64,000 bases of DNA. Origin: an uncultured Anaerolineaceae bacterium. Lineage in GTDB: Bacteria; Chloroflexota; Dehalococcoidia; Tepidiformales; Tepidiformaceae. A program made the translations under genes and the position numbers. The notes beneath the pieces are model-generated. The model had not been told where the DNA came from and searched no databases. It worked only from the letters and a program-made list of their open reading frames with translations. Positions 63,110 through 64,000 of the stretch are shown here, piece by piece. The first letter of the stretch is position 1; each line of letters opens with the position of its first letter. The stretch lies in contig CAZYLL010000007.1 of NCBI GenBank assembly GCA_964648195.1, positions 64,102 through 128,101 on the forward strand. Reading direction: 5' to 3'.

Positions 63110-64000
63110 TCAGCCTTCGAGGTGTTCGAAGGCGACGGCGGCGGCGCCGAGGAGCCCGGCGTCTGCGCCAAGTTCGCTGAGGCGGATGAGCGTGCCCGCC
63201 GCAGGGCCGTAGGCGAGCGAGTACATGGCCTCGCGGGCGGGGCCGAGGAACATCTCGCCCATGGAGAGCAAGCCACCGCTGAGCGTGACCAGGTCGGGAT
63301 TGAGGACGTTGACGAGGCTTCCCAGGGCGAGGCCAAGCAAGTGGCCACCGTGGCGGATCTCGGCCTCGCAGAGGGTGTCGCCACGGGCGGCGGCCGCGGC
63401 AAGGTGGGCGGCGGTGGGTGGCCCGCCTGCGGCTATCTCCGCAAGGATGGGTGATTTGCCCTGGTGGATGAGCCTGCGCGCGCGTTCGGCGAAGGCGACG
63501 CCGCTGACCATGGCCTCGAGGCAACCGCGCGAGCCGCAATTACAGCGGGGCCCTGCGGGATTGAGGATGATGTGCCCGATTTCGCCGGCCAGGCCCTTCG
63601 CGCCCCGGTAGAGGCGGCGGTCGATAACGATGCCTCCGCCGATGCCGGTGCCCAGGGTGGCGTGGAGCAGGTGGCGGGTGCCCCTCCCGGCGCCGAACCG
63701 GAACTCGCCAAGAGCGGCTGCGCTCGCATCGTTTTCGATGTAGGCCGGGATGCCGAGGCGCTCGGCGACCGGGGCGGTAAGCACCAGGTTGCGGAAGCCG
63801 GGGATGTTGGGCGCGACGATGACCTTCCCCTCCTCGGCGTTGATCAGGCCAGCGGTGGCGATGCAGGCGGCGGCTGGAGTGGCCCCCGAAGCGGCGACGG
63901 TGCCTGCCAGCAGATCGATGACGCGGATGATGATCGCCCCGGGTGTTGCCTCGGCCGGGGTGGGGTGGTCGTCGCGGTGGAGGATGGTCCCGTCTTCGGT
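63110..64000 (-). CDS. ROK family sugar kinase/glucokinase (5' end outside window)
   Basis: My own translation shows the frame stays open to the window edge (..ATAGLINAEEGKVIVAPNIPGFRNLVL..). It has ENDASAAALGE, the ROK Zn motif GHIILNPAGPRCNCGSRGCLE, and LSGG. Confidence 0.85.
   Translation of the reverse strand, partial: TEDGTILHRDDHPTPAEATPGAIIIRVIDLLAGTVAASGATPAAACIATAGLINAEEGKVIVAPNIPGFRNLVLTAPVAERLGIPAYIENDASAAALGEFRFGAGRGTRHLLHATLGTGIGGGIVIDRRLYRGAKGLAGEIGHIILNPAGPRCNCGSRGCLEAMVSGVAFAERARRLIHQGKSPILAEIAAGGPPTAAHLAAAAARGDTLCEAEIRHGGHLLGLALGSLVNVLNPDLVTLSGGLLSMGEMFLGPAREAMYSLAYGPAAGTLIRLSELGADAGLLGAAAVAFEHLEG

Noticed and set aside
1-64000. CRISPR arrays, insertion sequences, integrases, rRNA operons and large dispersed repeats.
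   Set aside because: Reading both strands showed no regularly spaced short repeats, no transposase or integrase-like translations and no rRNA-like sequence. The only substantial DNA repeat is the intragenic PCuAC duplication.

Overview
This is a high-GC (roughly two-thirds G+C by eye), almost fully coding chromosomal segment with about 70 protein genes on both strands. I found no rRNA, tRNA, CRISPR array, transposase or integrase. Most of it is housekeeping or central metabolism: ileS (5' truncated), nadD, moaC, purM, tmk, pdxT, etfBA, resA/resB, menA plus ubiE/menG, gpmA, purF, cysE and a ROK kinase (5' end outside the window). The rest is oxidoreductases and hydrolases, including two LLM-class and two PPOX-class flavin/F420-type enzymes, two crotonases, two alpha/beta hydrolases and two MBL-fold proteins. 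Menaquinone genes, F420-type enzymes, a heliorhodopsin and leaderless TAGACT promoters suggest a Chloroflexota- or Actinomycetota-like organism; that is inference only. The items most worth a second look are: (1) a tight five-gene minus-strand operon (38691-42708) encoding a NIT-HAMP membrane sensor with no output domain, two Roadblock/LC7 proteins and two PATAN/DUF4388 proteins, with neither the kinase nor the small GTPase that normally define conservon or MglA/MglB-type modules; (2) a clear heliorhodopsin gene (54577-55353); (3) an orphan promoter, ~170-nt leader and strong intrinsic terminator (55460-55664) between the heliorhodopsin and an ABC-2 exporter; (4) a ~380-nt non-coding, hairpin-rich region with a near-consensus promoter and a terminator (49011-49428) that I could not assign to RNase P, tmRNA or SRP; (5) a copper-delivery operon (SCO plus a tandem-duplicated PCuAC) that includes two uncharacterised His/Cys-rich proteins and a perfect 32-bp palindrome. 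All calls come from reading the translations and the sequence, with no database search. CDS coordinates follow the ORF track frames, with starts re-picked where the track ORF was clearly over-extended. Small-motif coordinates were indexed by hand and may be off by 1-2 nt.
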